Made by a program: the position numbers and the translations under genes | From: Macrostomum lignano | Lineage: Eukaryota | Length of the DNA stretch: 64,000 bases | Reading direction: 5' to 3' | Assembly (NCBI GenBank): GCA_002269645.1 | Contig: NIVC01000026.1 | Coordinates: 1-64,000, forward strand | Notes under the pieces: generated by a model | Told to the model about the DNA's origin: nothing | Seen by the model: only the letters and a program-made list of their open reading frames with translations | Databases searched by the model: none | In this document: positions 34,041 through 48,116 of the stretch, piece after piece | Numbering within the stretch: the stretch's first letter is position 1 | Layout: every line of letters begins with the position of its first letter

Positions 34041-36877
34041 AGTTTTCTTCTTGGTGTTAAAAAGCTTTAATTAAAAAAATTCCACTCTCTAAAAATTCGA
34101 ACCATCGTCCCTGCATTTAGCAGTCAGTCTGTTTACCTCTAGGCTAGCTCTCATCGTTTTGATAATATGAATTTTAGCAATTATAATTATAAGTTTCAAA
34201 ACTCCAAGCATAGAGTAAATCACACGAGGCAGTTATGACATAATCAATTTCTCAGTCAGTCAGTATCAGTTAACAATATGGTTACGCAATTTAAATCAAG
34301 TCTGGTGCTACGCTTCCACACTGCATTTTCAATTCAAGTCAGAGTTACAATTCAGTTATGATGCAATCTATTTCAGAATCAGAATTCAACCAGTCAGTTT
34401 TTTCTCTAGCATTCTTACAATGCATTTCAAGTCGAAAAGATTGCTTGACCTTTGCAAAAAAGCATGTTTTTCGAACATTTAATCCCTTTAACATGGAGCA
34501 ACTTCTTAGCCAAGATGCATGTACCGTCACGGGAAAATTTCTGATCGAACAGTGCAAGTCTCATGAAAATCGGTTAAGCCATTTTTTCTCTAATCGATTA
34601 CAAGCAAGCAAGCAAGCAAGATTTTCATTTTTAGTATATAGGATTAATAGTGCCTTTAATTTAAGAGAATTTGGTTAACTTGAACTCAGGATAATCAAGT
34701 TTTTAATCTCCATGGATAGACCACGGTCAACAAGAAGAAAAAGGAAGGTTAGGCAATATTTAGAGGGAGAGTACTGATTACTAACTGACTGAATTTCAAA
34801 TACTAATCTCCTAAAATAAAGACAGGGAAGGTTAAGAATGACAATCTTTACTGTAAACCAAGGCTAATTCAGTCAAATGTGGGCAATTAGACAATCCAAG
34901 CAATAAGTTTATCTTAACTATAAAAGACAAGCTACAAAAAAGCAATTAGAAAACTGTGACAATACAAAACCTATGAAATTCTGATGTCTGATTTCAAGGC
35001 TCTAAAATCTTTCAAAGTTAAAATTAGATGCAAAACCATTATATCAATTGCTACATTCCCATAACTAAAATACAAATATATTGCTTCATTATAAATGATG
35101 AACAAATGTCATACATAGACAAATGTCAATTGTTGCTAGCATCCAAAATTTTAGGATTGAGATCCTATCCTACCTCTAGTCATGTCTTAGCTTATAGTAA
35201 AGATAAAAATAGAAATATTAAGGATTAGATCCCAGGGTTTAGACAAAATTGAGTGGTCAAAATTGCATTGAACTTTTACTTTGATATAATAGACTTAATT
35301 CTACACCTTTATTTGGAGTCACTATAGTAGCCTAAGTTCATTGCATCTACTCACTCATGCAACTAAACTATAAGTCATATAGCAAATCCCTTGCATATGC
35401 AGACATACCAGTATCTTAGATGGATATGTCATTAAGAATTTAAAGTCATTTTAATTATACAAGGCTAAGAGAAATGTGGTAAAGCACAAACATTTTGCTG
35501 ATTCAAAAATAGCTTAATAAGAATGACTTGAAATTTGATACACAACTATTCATCAATACACCAATTTACCTGCCTAAATGGCATTGAACTAAGTACTAAT
35601 TCTTGTATCATTTCAGTTTAGGAAAAATTGTAAACTTGTTCTACAATGAAGATATGCAATGGTGCTAACTCTGAAAGCTTGCTACTTTGGTTTAATAGCC
35701 AAAGCAGAAAATTGAGGCTGAATGAATGAAGAATGAATGAAATAGTGATGAATCAATAAGCAGAACTTTTCTGATAGCCCTTATAGCAACAGTACAATTT
35801 GTATCTAAATCATAACTTGGCTTATACATTGCAATATATATATATGAACTTTAAAGTGATTTGACTCATGTCACTTCACTTATACAAAAGCAAATTAGAG
35901 TTTTATTTTTCTTTCATTAAAATTAATAAACAAAGTCTATAGCCTAAGTTTTTTATCACTAGCACTAAGACACAAAATTGCATTGGATGTCTAATTTCAA
36001 AATGTAATTTGGAAAGTCAAGATATTATATAATATTAATGTTGTATTGAAAACTTAGCCTAGGCTTTTTGCTAGTACTAGGAGACAAAATTTCAATTAAA
36101 TTCTTATTTGAAGATGCAATATTAAAAGTCAAGCTATTATACTATCCCTATCATATAAAAAATAAACCTAGTATACAATTATGATTGCTAATTTTAAACA
36201 GGCTTGATATAATAGTCAAGTGAAGGCTATTATATTACTGCAACAATATATTATCAATATGGCATATTAGAAATTTGTGGTATACTAAACAGCCAAAAGG
36301 ATTTTTAAGTATTTTATATATAACTATTAAATTATCATAATGTTTATTATACTATTGAAATTGACTTTTAGTTAAAAAGATACATTAACTTAAGTAGCAT
36401 ATCTTTAAGGAATTCATCAGTATCAAGATATTAGACAAAAAGGGTTCTCTATAGACATATCAATGTAGAATTTTTTAATATTAAAAATGTTATATAATAA
36501 TGATAGTCTTAAACTTGGAGTTGAAGATAAATCTAAATATACTAAATAAGATTGTAAACCCAATTAATCTTTATATTCATGAATGATTTTTTTTTCTGAA
36601 AAAAATTTAATATAATACTAGAGTTTTTAAGAGCCTTTTCAAAAAAAAAGGTATTCACATGTCTAACTTGTAAAGCTATATGCCAAAAAATAACATTGTT
36701 ATGTGCATATGCCATATTTTTAATTTGTTATCCAATTCTAAAAAGTAAAAACCTAGGACCTGAATCTCTAAATAATAATTTATAGTTATGATACTTTGTC
36801 ATAAGGGATTTTAATTTTTAACAGGATTGTTAGTTGGATCTTATATTTTTGATAAAATACTATAATCTAAGCCACAA

Positions 36878-37237
36878 GGGGGCTGTAGCCCAGCAGTCTA
36901 GTGCAGGCTTTGGTGTGCCAGCAACCCAGGCTCAATTCCAAGTGTAGTCATTAATTTGGGGCTGAACTAGAATCTTGGCTTGGCTCTGCTTGTGCAATTA
37001 ATGGCCTTGAGAGCCAACCCCCTAAGGCACAGTGAAGTGTACATGCCTAAAAATAAAATAAAGTAGGGCTGCTATACACTCCTGTGTGAGTGTGTGCTTG
37101 CATACGTATCTGTGTGCTTGTATGCCTGCTCAGGGGAGTCTGTGCTACAGAATGGGCAGTAATGCCTCTCACCAGTTATGTGCTATGTCGTTTAAAGTGT
37201 GCCAGGGTGCACACAACCTCCATGCCTCTAATAAAAA
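36878..37237 (+). mobile_element. tRNA-derived SINE (family 2), full length with 14-bp target-site duplication
   Basis: tRNA-like head gggggctgtagcccagcagtctagtgc and an A-rich tail, flanked by the direct repeat aatctaagccacaa (36864-36877 and 37238-37251). Confidence 0.8.
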
Positions 37238-37590
37238 AATCTAAGCCACAATTAGGATAATGTTTGCTAAAAATTCTAGCATGTAAAGCCTTTTTAGACT
37301 AATACCTTGGCATATATATTTTCAAAGATATCTTTGCAATGCATATGGTAAAATGTATAATACAGTGGCAGTATAATATAGTAAGTAGGCATATAGCTAG
37401 GATTCACATCAAGGAGGAGGGGCAAAGATATCAATCCATCACTGATATTATTCATAAAAGCAAAATAAAAAGGTAAGGCATGTCCTTAGTATCCCCCCTG
37501 GAAATGCTTTTAATAGTGAATATAAAATAATAAAATATTTGAATATAATAATTTCATTATTTTTAATATATAACTGCAATATATAGTTAT

Positions 37591-38139
37591 TAGAGATTGC
37601 AATCCTAGGATCCCGGAATCCTGAAATCCTGGGATTAGGCCCAAATCCTAGGATTTCCAGTCCCGGGATTTAGGGTCTTGAATCCTAGGACTAATTTTTG
37701 TTATTATTTTTACAAAAAGTGCTGTAATAAGAACATAATTGGGCCCAAAACTAGTTTATTATACTGCATTATTTTCTGTTAATTGCCTAATGTTGCATGG
37801 CACCTTTGACCTTTATAAACCCCACATCATAGAATTAAATTTAAAATTTATTCCAATATAAGTTTTCATATATGATTTGCTTCTTTATTACTAATTAGAA
37901 CTTTTATACTATTTACTTAAATACTGTTCCAAGATAATGCTGTTTTTGATCTACAAATAGATCATTAACTCTTTTTAAACAATCAAAAATGGATGAAAAA
38001 ACATTTAGCGTACATTTTGCCTAAAATTTCAACCTAGAAGCTTAAAAATCAGTATTTTTTTTATCCCAGGATAGGCCAAATTCCGGGATTAAATCTTAGG
38101 AGCCCAGGATTGCAAGAAACTGGGATTTTGCAATCCCTA
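37591..38139. mobile_element. hAT-like MITE (TAGGGATTGCAA-type TIR)
   Basis: tagagattgcaa / ttgcaatcccta termini, subterminal aatcc(c/t)ggga repeats, 6/8 matching flanks atagttat/gtacttat. Confidence 0.6.
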
Positions 38140-40329
38140 GTACTTATGTAACAATATAGGACTATAGGACCCTTTCTTATATTACAAAATTTGGTATTTT
38201 ATATTACCAATAGCTAGGCCTATACCATATACTAGTTCTATGGCACAATTTTCTAGCATATTGTTCAGAGACCAGATACTTTACATAAACCAATTTTTCA
38301 CATAAATTGTATGCCAGATTTTTTTTTGTATTTATATAAAGATTTGGGAGTAAGGAACCACTAGAAGTTATCATCCTGTCAATATATTTGTAAATTATGT
38401 TTTTTATTTTCTTTAATTTAACCACCTTATTTTTTTGCATTGCAACTTTGTTACTTCATTTAGATAGCATTTGTTTAATATGTTGACTATAAAAATAACT
38501 TTCACTATTTATAGTCATTATAACAATAATGACTGCTAATTGATATAGAAAAGGAGCCTCCTCTTTTTTAACTACTAATACTATTTTTGCTACTATTATA
38601 CTATTGTAATAATGCCATTATTGCTATAGTAAGCTAGAAACAATCCTAATTGTAGCCAATTGCCATTATTATAGATAGCATAGAGAACTTATAGAAGATA
38701 TATTCTCTGCTATTATAAAGTATTATCATCTTTTAGTATTAGTGCATATTCATGCGAAAAATATTTTGGAAATAAAATTATACTTAAATAGGCTAAGCCA
38801 TTAGAACCAAAACTTCATTAGCCTAAGCCAAAGTTAAGCAAAGGCTAATTAATTAGTAACTATCACTTCATTTGGTTAATAATATAAAATTTTGCTATGT
38901 GAAAAAAAGCCAAGCCTATTCACAGTTTAAAAAAATAAAATGGTTAATGATATATTCATTATATTATTAAAATATTATACTTAAGTAGGCCTAGAAAAAA
39001 TGAACTAAACCAAACTAGGCCCTAGGCTTTTTCTATTTCTATTTTAGAATTCCAGACTATGGGTAATAGAAATTACATTTTGATAAGTCTAGTCCTCCAG
39101 AACTTGAAAATGAAATTGTAAATGCTAAATGACCAATTTAGCATTAAATAGGCCTATTTCCCAAAAATGCAAAACTTTCATAGTACTTATTGTAAAATTT
39201 TAAAAGGTCAAAAAGGTAAAAAAGAAATGATCCTAGATTATATAGTTTTTACTTTCAAGTTAAATCACATTTTGAGCATTATAAACAAATAGAATAAAGT
39301 AATTATTGCATAGAAACTACTAATGTTGAAACAAAATAATAAAAATATTTGTTTAACAATTTGCAAGTTTTTTAACACTATCACAAATAACTAGCAATAC
39401 ATTAGGATACTAAATTTGTGATTTCACTGATTTGTAGAAAACTTTTAGAAGGCTAATTTCTTCACTTCAATATTTGTACAAAACAACACAAGTGACATAG
39501 GCCTACTCTAATCTAAGTGTGTTTGGACTTTTAATTCTTTTAGACTAATTATAATTTTCTATTTCAATTTAATAATTGCAAAGCAAATGCACTAATCAAG
39601 TTATTTAAAGTCTTATGCAATGGTCTATCAATCAAATTCTAGCCATTTGTTGTCCTGGTATCTCTTTTCTCAATTGTTAACTGGTATTTTCAAGGCTGTT
39701 AAAAAATTATAATTTATTCTAATATTCTAATTTCTAAATGAGTATGAGTCAGGCCCTAGCAATACAAAACAAAAGTATACTTATAGTTATACTACTGTAA
39801 AAGTATAGCTACTTTAAAACTACAAGCGTACAAGGCAATTCTAGTAGCCTATGGCAACAAGAATAAGCCATACAAACTAAAAGTTGCCTGAATTATTCTA
39901 CTTATTGTGACATTTTTATTTGAGGATTAACTGCATGGTTAACTCTAGACTAGCACATGCTTTTTGTTTTTTTATTTTATCTGCTTACAGTGAGACTGTG
40001 AGAGGCCAGTGGCCAGGTGCCTAAGCATATGCCTAGCACCTCAGCAGCAGCACCTGGCCAGTGGCCAACCCTGTGGCTGTGGCCATATATTATGATATGA
40101 TTAGTGACTAGAATAAAACTAAAGTGACAAACAAATGTCAAAGTCCTTGTTTGACTTTGACATTACAAACAAATGTCAAATGCATTACCATTACAACATA
40201 AAAACTTAAAGCAAACAGTATAACAATAAACACTATATAAAGTTCTAAACTAAACATACTAATTGTAAATACTGCTTAAGCCTTCCTAGAGCTTTACTAC
40301 CTAACTACCTTTAATTACAATTTGATGTC

Positions 40330-40554
40330 GATGTATCCTGGGTTTTTTTGTGCGAATGGGTGCGAATAGCATCCTGGTCTTAAAAATCGCACCCTGAAAT
40401 TTGACTCAGGGTGCGAAAAACGCACCCAAATTTTTGCAAGTTTTTGTCTGCAGCAGTGCAGCGCATCCTGGTCTTGAAAATCGCACCCTGAAATCTAGCA
40501 CAGGGTGCGAAATCGCACCCAAGTTATGGACGAAAAAAAAACCCAGGATGTATC
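40330..40554. mobile_element. Small MITE with ggtgcg/cgcacc internal inverted motifs
   Basis: gatgtatcctgggttttttt ... aaaaaaaaacccaggatgtatc termini. Related half-copies at 41431-41520 and 44010-44113. Confidence 0.65.
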
Positions 40555-41540
40555 ACTGTATGAGTAAAAATTATGAGGGTATTGCTAAAATTCATATTAG
40601 CGATCTAAGTTAAGTTGTAAAATAATTTTGAATAGTGTTTAAATAATATAATAAACAGTAAACAGCGTTTTTTATATAGACATTTTTTAAATACGTAAGA
40701 CCTTTTATCAAAGCTTTTTTACGTGATAATATTATTCTTTATAAAAATTTGTTAAAACCGTTTATAAATTTATTTGACCAAACAATAAGATCATAGTTAC
40801 AGTCGATAATAAACTTCATTTTTCTGTTCGATTGCGATTGCAGCTTTGATCAAGCGGCCTTTATATTGCAGCCTTAGTTTTTTTCACCTGTTATCCGAAA
40901 TTTTATGTTTATGCACATTTTGTCTGCATATTTACGTTATAATATAACGGGGAAAAATTATAAACCTAGAGCCTAGAGGCGGGTGAAGCGATCTCTTCGT
41001 GAGAATATACATTTACCATTTTTTTATAATTTAGTAGGGCCTATATCTAGGGCTAAGCATATTTTATTCTATTCAATAGAATCTACTTAGGCGGTGAGCC
41101 TTAGTGTACATTGATTGACATAGTATATACCAATGTAGGACCTTAAGAATTCGGATATGCACTGCTGCGTGCATTCTGTAGGTTTTTCTTGCTTCTACTA
41201 TGTAGTCTATTATATCAATGTAGCTTGCGTTGTAACTCGTAAGGCTAGGTCTAAGCCTGTCTATTAGAGTCCAACCAATCAATCAAGAATTAGATAGTAT
41301 CTTACTATAAGTATATGCCTTTGTCGTCTTATAATATTCTTAATTTATTTCACTCATTAGGCCCTACTCAGCTGCCAGTCTGTTGCTAGAGCCGCAGTTG
41401 GTTCTTGGCCACACTCTGGATCATATAGTATATCTGGGTTTTTTTTTTCGCCAGAGATAAGGTGCGAAATCGCACCTTGTGCCAAATTTCAAGGTGCGAT
41501 TTTAAGGCTCAGAGTGCAATTTCTCTTGAGTCTTGTTTAG

Positions 41541-43834
41541 AATGTGAGGGTTTCACGAGAGATATTCAGACAGACATTCGAAACGATCGTCTGTAACTTT
41601 AAACAAAATTGACCCGCTTCAACCATCTTTTTGGCAAATACTTACGCAAGTGTTGGGCGTCGAATAAGCTTTAATTTATTAACTGAAGTAAAAATCCTTC
41701 TGACATACATTGATTTAAAAATTGCTTAGCAACACTAGCTCTGATTAGAAATCGCTTTAGTGTTGACGAAAATTGTTTTGATCGTAGCAGCCTAAAAGCA
41801 GATACTGGATTTAAAAATGCTTCGATTTACTCTATACGCATGTCTCAGCTTTAAAATGACACCTCAGGCGTCGCAAAAGACAGCTTTGATGCTGAGATAT
41901 TCGACACTAAACATGCATTGCTTTGCGCAATCTCACATTCAGAAATTTCACTGATTTTTTGTCGATATTTGTGCAGTTGCCGTGTCCTTGTTTTTCATCA
42001 GAAACTTGTCAAATTCTAGTCATGTCCAGTTTAAACCTGGACTTCTCTTAAACTGTCTTAAGTATTTGATTTTTAATGATTCCTGCCTTTATATTGCATA
42101 GATTGTACCTGAGTCAGTGAGTCTGTGAGTGTACATTTGTACATATGGCAACCAATCATGACTTTTTCACCGCTTTGCAGTTCAAATAAATATACGAGTG
42201 TACAAGAAACATGTTCCAACTGTTATTGAGAGAAATTGACGTCGCGTTTATTAACAGTCAGTGGCAATTAATATGAAGCAAATAGTTTATTGTTATGTTT
42301 TTACTTTTTTTGCGTGGCAATTCTGCTATCCAAATCAGAATGAGGTAAGCGGTGGGAATAAAATAAAAAGGAAGAATTTTTTCTACTGTTGTTGCAACCC
42401 AATAGCTATATGTACTTCAAACTTTTTAGATTGAACTGGCGATTTCTAATGTACTGCTAAGCTTTCCAATCCCTACGGACTACAGTAGCAGTTCTTAACT
42501 TTTTTTCTGTCTTGACTTCTAGACTCGGAATTCGGAACAACCTAAGGAGCCGCATGAAAATATTTAATTGGATAAAGATATTTTCTAAAAACAGCTCAAG
42601 TCGTGACACATCTTCTTCTCATCTCAGTCCATCAACTGCTGCTCCTTCTGAGACCAAAGCGATCGTGAAAGTAAAACAGATCAGTTTAGATCCCATGGCC
42701 ATGAATACAACCATTTCAATTGTGAACCTGCTTCGCTTACAAGTACGAGCACTAGCCTTCCATTTGATGCCATTAGCTCACTTAACTCTGAAATAGTTCA
42801 AGGACGGTTCCAAATGTTGAGATCTGACGTAGAAGCAGTCCAATTTGTGGAAATTTATCAACTGGACTCCATGAATCACTCCAATGAAAGGCGGCGAATA
42901 GCTGCAGAATGCGTAAACAAGTTTAAGTGAGTCACAAAAACCCCATTTACTGTAACTACATACACTTGTACGTTAGCAAGGCTCCATGCGATGGTTAATA
43001 AATGGAGAAGTAGACAAGCATCTGAACAAATATTGAATAAAAATCAGTGAAGTTTCCGAATGTGAGTTTGAGCAAAGCAACGTTTAGTGTCGAATATCTC
43101 AGCATCAAAGCTGTCTTTTGCAATGCCTGAGGTGTCATTTTAAAGCTGAGACATGCGTATAGAGTAAATCGAAGCATTTTTAAATCCAGTATCTGCTTTT
43201 AGGCTGCTACGATCAAAACAATTTTAGTCAACAGTAAAGCGATTTCTAATCAGAGCTAGTGTTGCTAAGCAATTTTTAAATCAATGTATGTCAGAAGGAT
43301 TTTTACTTCAGTTAATAAATTAAAGCTTATTCGACGCCCAACACTTGCGTAAGTATTTGCCAAAAAGATGGTTGAAGCGGGTGAATTTTGTTTGAAGTTA
43401 CAGACAATCATTTTGAATGTCTGTCTGAATGGGTCTCCCTAAAACACACCCCGCACCGCCCTGCAGCGCTACACATTAAAACAAATTGGACTATAACTAA
43501 AGACACTTCAGAATGCGTTTTCTGTTAAGCTTCAAGTTTTTATTAAATTTAGTTTTTTTACTTTGAAATATAAAATTCGGTGAACAATAAGTGATATTAA
43601 TAATAATATTAATAAAATAATAATATTATAATTAAATAATGAAAACGAGAATATAAAAAATAATAATATTTAAAAAAATAAATAAAGATATTTATTCCAT
43701 TACTATTTTAACTTTTCCTTGCAATCAAATACTGCATTGACAAAAAATGTTATAATGTGTAGCAGTTCGGGGCCCGGTGCGGGGCGTGTTTTAGGGAGCC
43801 TTTGTCTGAATATCTCTCGTGAAACCCTCACATT
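41541..43834. mobile_element. Non-autonomous DNA element with ~420-bp terminal inverted repeats
   Basis: 41541-41960 is the reverse complement of 43040-43430 plus 43803-43834. No transposase ORF in the interior. Confidence 0.85.
43431..43802. mobile_element. Mutator-like MITE inserted in the right TIR of the 41541-43834 element
   Basis: 9-bp TSD tgtctgaat (43422-43430, 43803-43811); the left TIR of the host element has only one copy of it. Own TIR ctccctaaaacac(a/g)ccccgcaccg. Confidence 0.8.
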
Positions 43835-44435
43835 GCTCACATTTCAGACAACTGGGAATGTATATTTTAATATCTTACATAAGGCTATAGCTATAGGCTA
43901 TATCGCCTATATGACTTAATAGGATTTAAAGAGTTATTTTGTTTCATATTTTAAGGCAGTGCATAAAAAATAGCTTAAGCATGGTTAAGCCTTTAAAGAA
44001 AAATGGTTATAAGACCGCACCTAAACCGCACCTACTTTTTTAATTTCAGGGTGCGATTTTAAAATTTAGGGTGCATACGCACACTCTGCGCACAAAAAAA
44101 AAACCCTGTAGTATATGCCCTAAAATTTGGGTTTTCATTGGCTTTGCATGTCAAAAGTTAGTTGTGCATAGTTGGCATGTATGACTTCTAAGTTTAAGAA
44201 AATAATAGGCCCTACTAATAGGCCTGTTAATGTATAAGCTTATCTAGTGTATACTTTTATAGAATCATATAGAAGAGTTGGTGTTGAGAAAACAAAGTAT
44301 TGAAAAATTAATATTTATATATAAATTTCAAGTTGTCTAGTTTTTATGCTCAATCACTTTAAATAAATGATAGTTTAATAATAGTTTAACGATTTAATTC
44401 ATTTTAATTTAAATCTTTATTGTAATTAGTGTTCT

Positions 44436-45757
44436 GCCGTAGCTGTAGCTACGGCTATGGGATCCTACAGCAAATGTGGTAGAATAGGTGCCTACGGCAG
44501 CTACAGATATGCCTACAGTAGCTAGCTGCTTTTATGGCTACAACTATAGAAATATGGTAGTTGTTGTCACATTCCGTAGATTCCTATAGCCATAGTTATT
44601 TATGTTAAAACATTGAAAAAATATTAGAAACAGGTAAAGTAAAACAAAGATACTTTTAGTGAACTGTATTATCAATTTAGAAACTTTTAAAATATACCTA
44701 AAAAGTACAATTAAACACTAGCAAAGTCTAATTTTTATTGATGTGAAAAAGTTCAGCATTATTACTTTCAGTAACAATTAAGTGTTGTTGCTTTGAAAAA
44801 AGACAAAATATAATCTTACAAAGGCAATTGAGTGTTTCTTTTATTTTCTAACTTAATTTGCAGTTTTTTAAACACTAGGTTATCTTCTTGTTTCGAAATA
44901 TTTTGTTTTCTAGACTTTTTGTTAAAACTATGGAACTATAGGAATATGGTAATATTAGGGTCCCTATGGCTATGGAATATTGAAAATTGGAATAAGCCAT
45001 AGTTTTGCTTATGGCTATGGCTATGGTACATGGACCCTCCTTTTGGTCGAACATTATTTGCAATATTTGCCAATTCCAATATATAGGCAATATAATTGGG
45101 CTCTATTACTTGGCTAGTCAACTACTTTGTTTTGCTATTTTTACTACATTTTATCTTTGACTTAGTGCCATTTGTCTTTGCCTTATGCTCTTACTAGCTT
45201 GTCTAAATCTATCTTGATATGCCTTTATCTTAGCTTATCCTACCTTATTCTGCCCCATGTTGCTCTGCCCTAGCCAATTTTGCAATGAAAAAAGCTATCT
45301 TCTTGATTATAAAATTTAATAATAGTCATTTTAATAGTAAGTATTTAATAGTACTTTGCCATAATAAGGGTCTAAGTGTTATCACTATAGTTGTAAGCAA
45401 AACTATGGTATGGCTTATTCCAATTCTCTATATTCTATAGCTATAAGGACCCAAAAATTATTATATTCCCATAGTTCTCATAGCCATAGCCATATTTTTA
45501 ACAAAAAATCTAAGAAACAAAATATTTTAAATTAGGAAAATAACCTAGTGCTTAAACAATTACAAATCAAGGTAGAAAATGAAATAAACACTCAATTGCC
45601 AACTACAGCTAAAAGAAATCTGTGAAATATGACAACAACTATCATATTTTTGTAGTTGTAGCTGTAAGAGCAGCTATCTACTATAGGCATATCTATAGTT
45701 GTCATAGGCACCTATTTTACTATATTTGCCATAGGATCTCGTAGCTGTAGCCATAGT
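44436..45757. mobile_element. Foldback-like element with long, transition-mutated inverted arms
   Basis: 44436-44595 pairs with 45605-45757, and ~44820-45070 with ~45340-45600, as reverse complements. Confidence 0.7.
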
Positions 45758-46587
45758 ATTTGAATCTTAATACAATCGATACCTAACTAATGGCAAGAGT
45801 AAGCACTGTACTTTATTTAACAATTATTTGTATATACTAACAACATTAAAAACCATCATTTTTTTAAACTTAAAAGATATGTGCATTGTGCTCTATTTTG
45901 TAATGTATAGTTTTTTATATTGTATGAAATTAAACCCAAGGCCTTTCACTCTATGCAATAGGGCTATTTATTTTAGACATAATGTGCAAGTGGTTTAAGC
46001 TTTAGATACTAAAAGACAAAGCATGCTATATTTTTGGAACCCAATCATTTTAAGACAATTTTAATATCTAAATAATTGTCTTCTAAAACTAATATAGTAT
46101 ACAAGATGCTCATTTATAAAAAAGTGCTAGAGTATAGTAGGGTTTCTTAAATGCTTGAAATCTAAAAACAAAAAATGTTATACTTTATTGAAACCTTATT
46201 CCTTTAAGAATACTTAAGGATAATTTTTAATACCTTATATTTTTAAAACAATTTTTAATTTTTTAAATTGTTATGCAAAACTGATAATACATTGCCAAAT
46301 TAACAAATATAATTAGATATTTTATTATAGCCAGATCATAATTTATTGTATTGCTTATATTTTATACTATTCCTGGAATCCTAAAGGCCAGGATTCCAAC
46401 AAAAAATATGATATACCTAAATAACTAGGAATGGAAAACTACAAATTTGAAGGCCAATCTATTAATAACTTGTCCTCAAAAAGCATTACTTGAAAAGGTT
46501 TTACCACAGATGCAAACTCACTGACTACAAGGTCAATGCCTTTTTGCTTTTAGCTCTTTTAAACCAGTGAGGACTTATGGTAATGTA

Positions 46588-47918
46588 CAAGGGTTGTGTC
46601 ATAAATTCGCTTACAACTGCAAATATCAAAGAAACAAAACAAAGAACAGCTAATTGTCAACATTGCACTTCTCAACATAGTCACCCCCAAGCTGCACACA
46701 TTTGTGCCATCTCTCTGGCAGCTTGCTGATGCCCTGTGCGAAGAATTCCGTGGGGGTCCCTCGTACCCACTGGCTGATGGCCGAGCTGAGTGCAGAAAGG
46801 CTTCCATAGTGATGGCCACGAAGAGGCTCTTTCATTTTAGGGAACAACCAGTAGTCACTAGGGGCCAGGTCAGGAGAATAGGCAGGGTGAGGCAGCAACT
46901 CGAAGCCTAGTCTCCTGATGACATCCATAGTTGCATTGCAGGTATGCGGCCTGGCGTTGTCCTGCTGCAGCACAGTGCCCCTGGTGATCCTTCCCCGGCG
47001 CTCACTCTTGATCTTCTCACGCAGCCATTCCAATATTTCACAGTAGTACTGGGCATTGATGGTTCTGCCTTCAGGTAGCCACTCGATCAGCAAGATGCCT
47101 TCTCTGTCCCAGAACACAGTGGCCATGCGCTTACCTGCTGACTGCACCGCCTTGGCCTTGACCGGTGGGGGTTCGTGAGTAGCCTTCCAGACGCTGCTCT
47201 GCTGTTTTGTTTCCGGTTCGTAGAAGTGAAACCACGTTTCATCACCAGTCACCAGGCGGCCAAGAAAGTCGGGCTCGTTTTGATAGGCGTTGAGCAGGTG
47301 GCGGCACATCTGACCCTCTCTTGCAGTTGGACAGGAGTCAGCAGTTTAGGGACCCATCGTGCAACAACTCGTGTCATATGCAGATGGTCGGAGATGATGC
47401 GATGAATGCTCTTCATTGGTATTGCCAACAAGTCCTCTAACTGCCTCAGGGTTGCTCCACGATCATCGTCCAGGGCATGCTGCACACGCTGGATGTTGTC
47501 ACTGGAAGTGGATGACCGCGGTGCACCTGGACGGGGAGCATCATCAACTGTCTCCCAGCCGTCCTCAAAGCGCTGCACCCACTTTGACACAGTTTGTTTC
47601 GAAGGTGCATCCTCACCAACGATTTGCAGCAGCTCGCGGTAAATATCAGCCTGCTTCTTCTGCTGCTTCCATAACGACCAAATGACAGTGCGCTTGGCAG
47701 CTTCACTTTTCTCCATACTGGCTAGAAGGGTGGTTTGAATGCCACTCGATTTCTGCCTTATCTCAAAAGCCAAAGGGAAGATTTTCCATAGACAATAAGA
47801 TCGATGGTGCCTTAGTCTGTAACAAAAATTCTGCCCCAAAGTACAAAAGAAACAGACACTATGTAAATTTGTCAAGAGTTAAAGCAAGTATGTCAGCGAA
47901 TTTATGACACAACCCTCG
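46588..47918 (-). mobile_element. Mariner (DD34D) transposon, 1331 bp, TA-flanked
   Basis: 28-bp TIR c(a/g)agggttgtgtcataaattcgct(t/g)aca with TA on both sides (46586-87, 47919-20). Confidence 0.95.
46650..47716 (-). pseudogene. Mariner transposase with one frameshift near 47311
   Basis: MEKSEAAKR..WVPKLL in one frame; TGDETW, QQDNARPH and YSPDLAPSDY in the next frame. Adding one base restores ...ERVEMCRHLL. Confidence 0.9.
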
Positions 47919-48116
47919 TAATTGTAACTGCTTTTTCAATAATTCCAATAACATTGCCTGTTGAAGTGTTAAACTAATCAAATCAACTTAAATCCATTAA
48001 TAGCAATTTATCTATGATCTTCACTTTTGTAATGCTATACTTACAGCATAAAAACAAAAAAGCCATGCACTCGATTAAAAAGGATTAACATTTCTTTGCA
48101 TGAGCAAATAAGCAAA

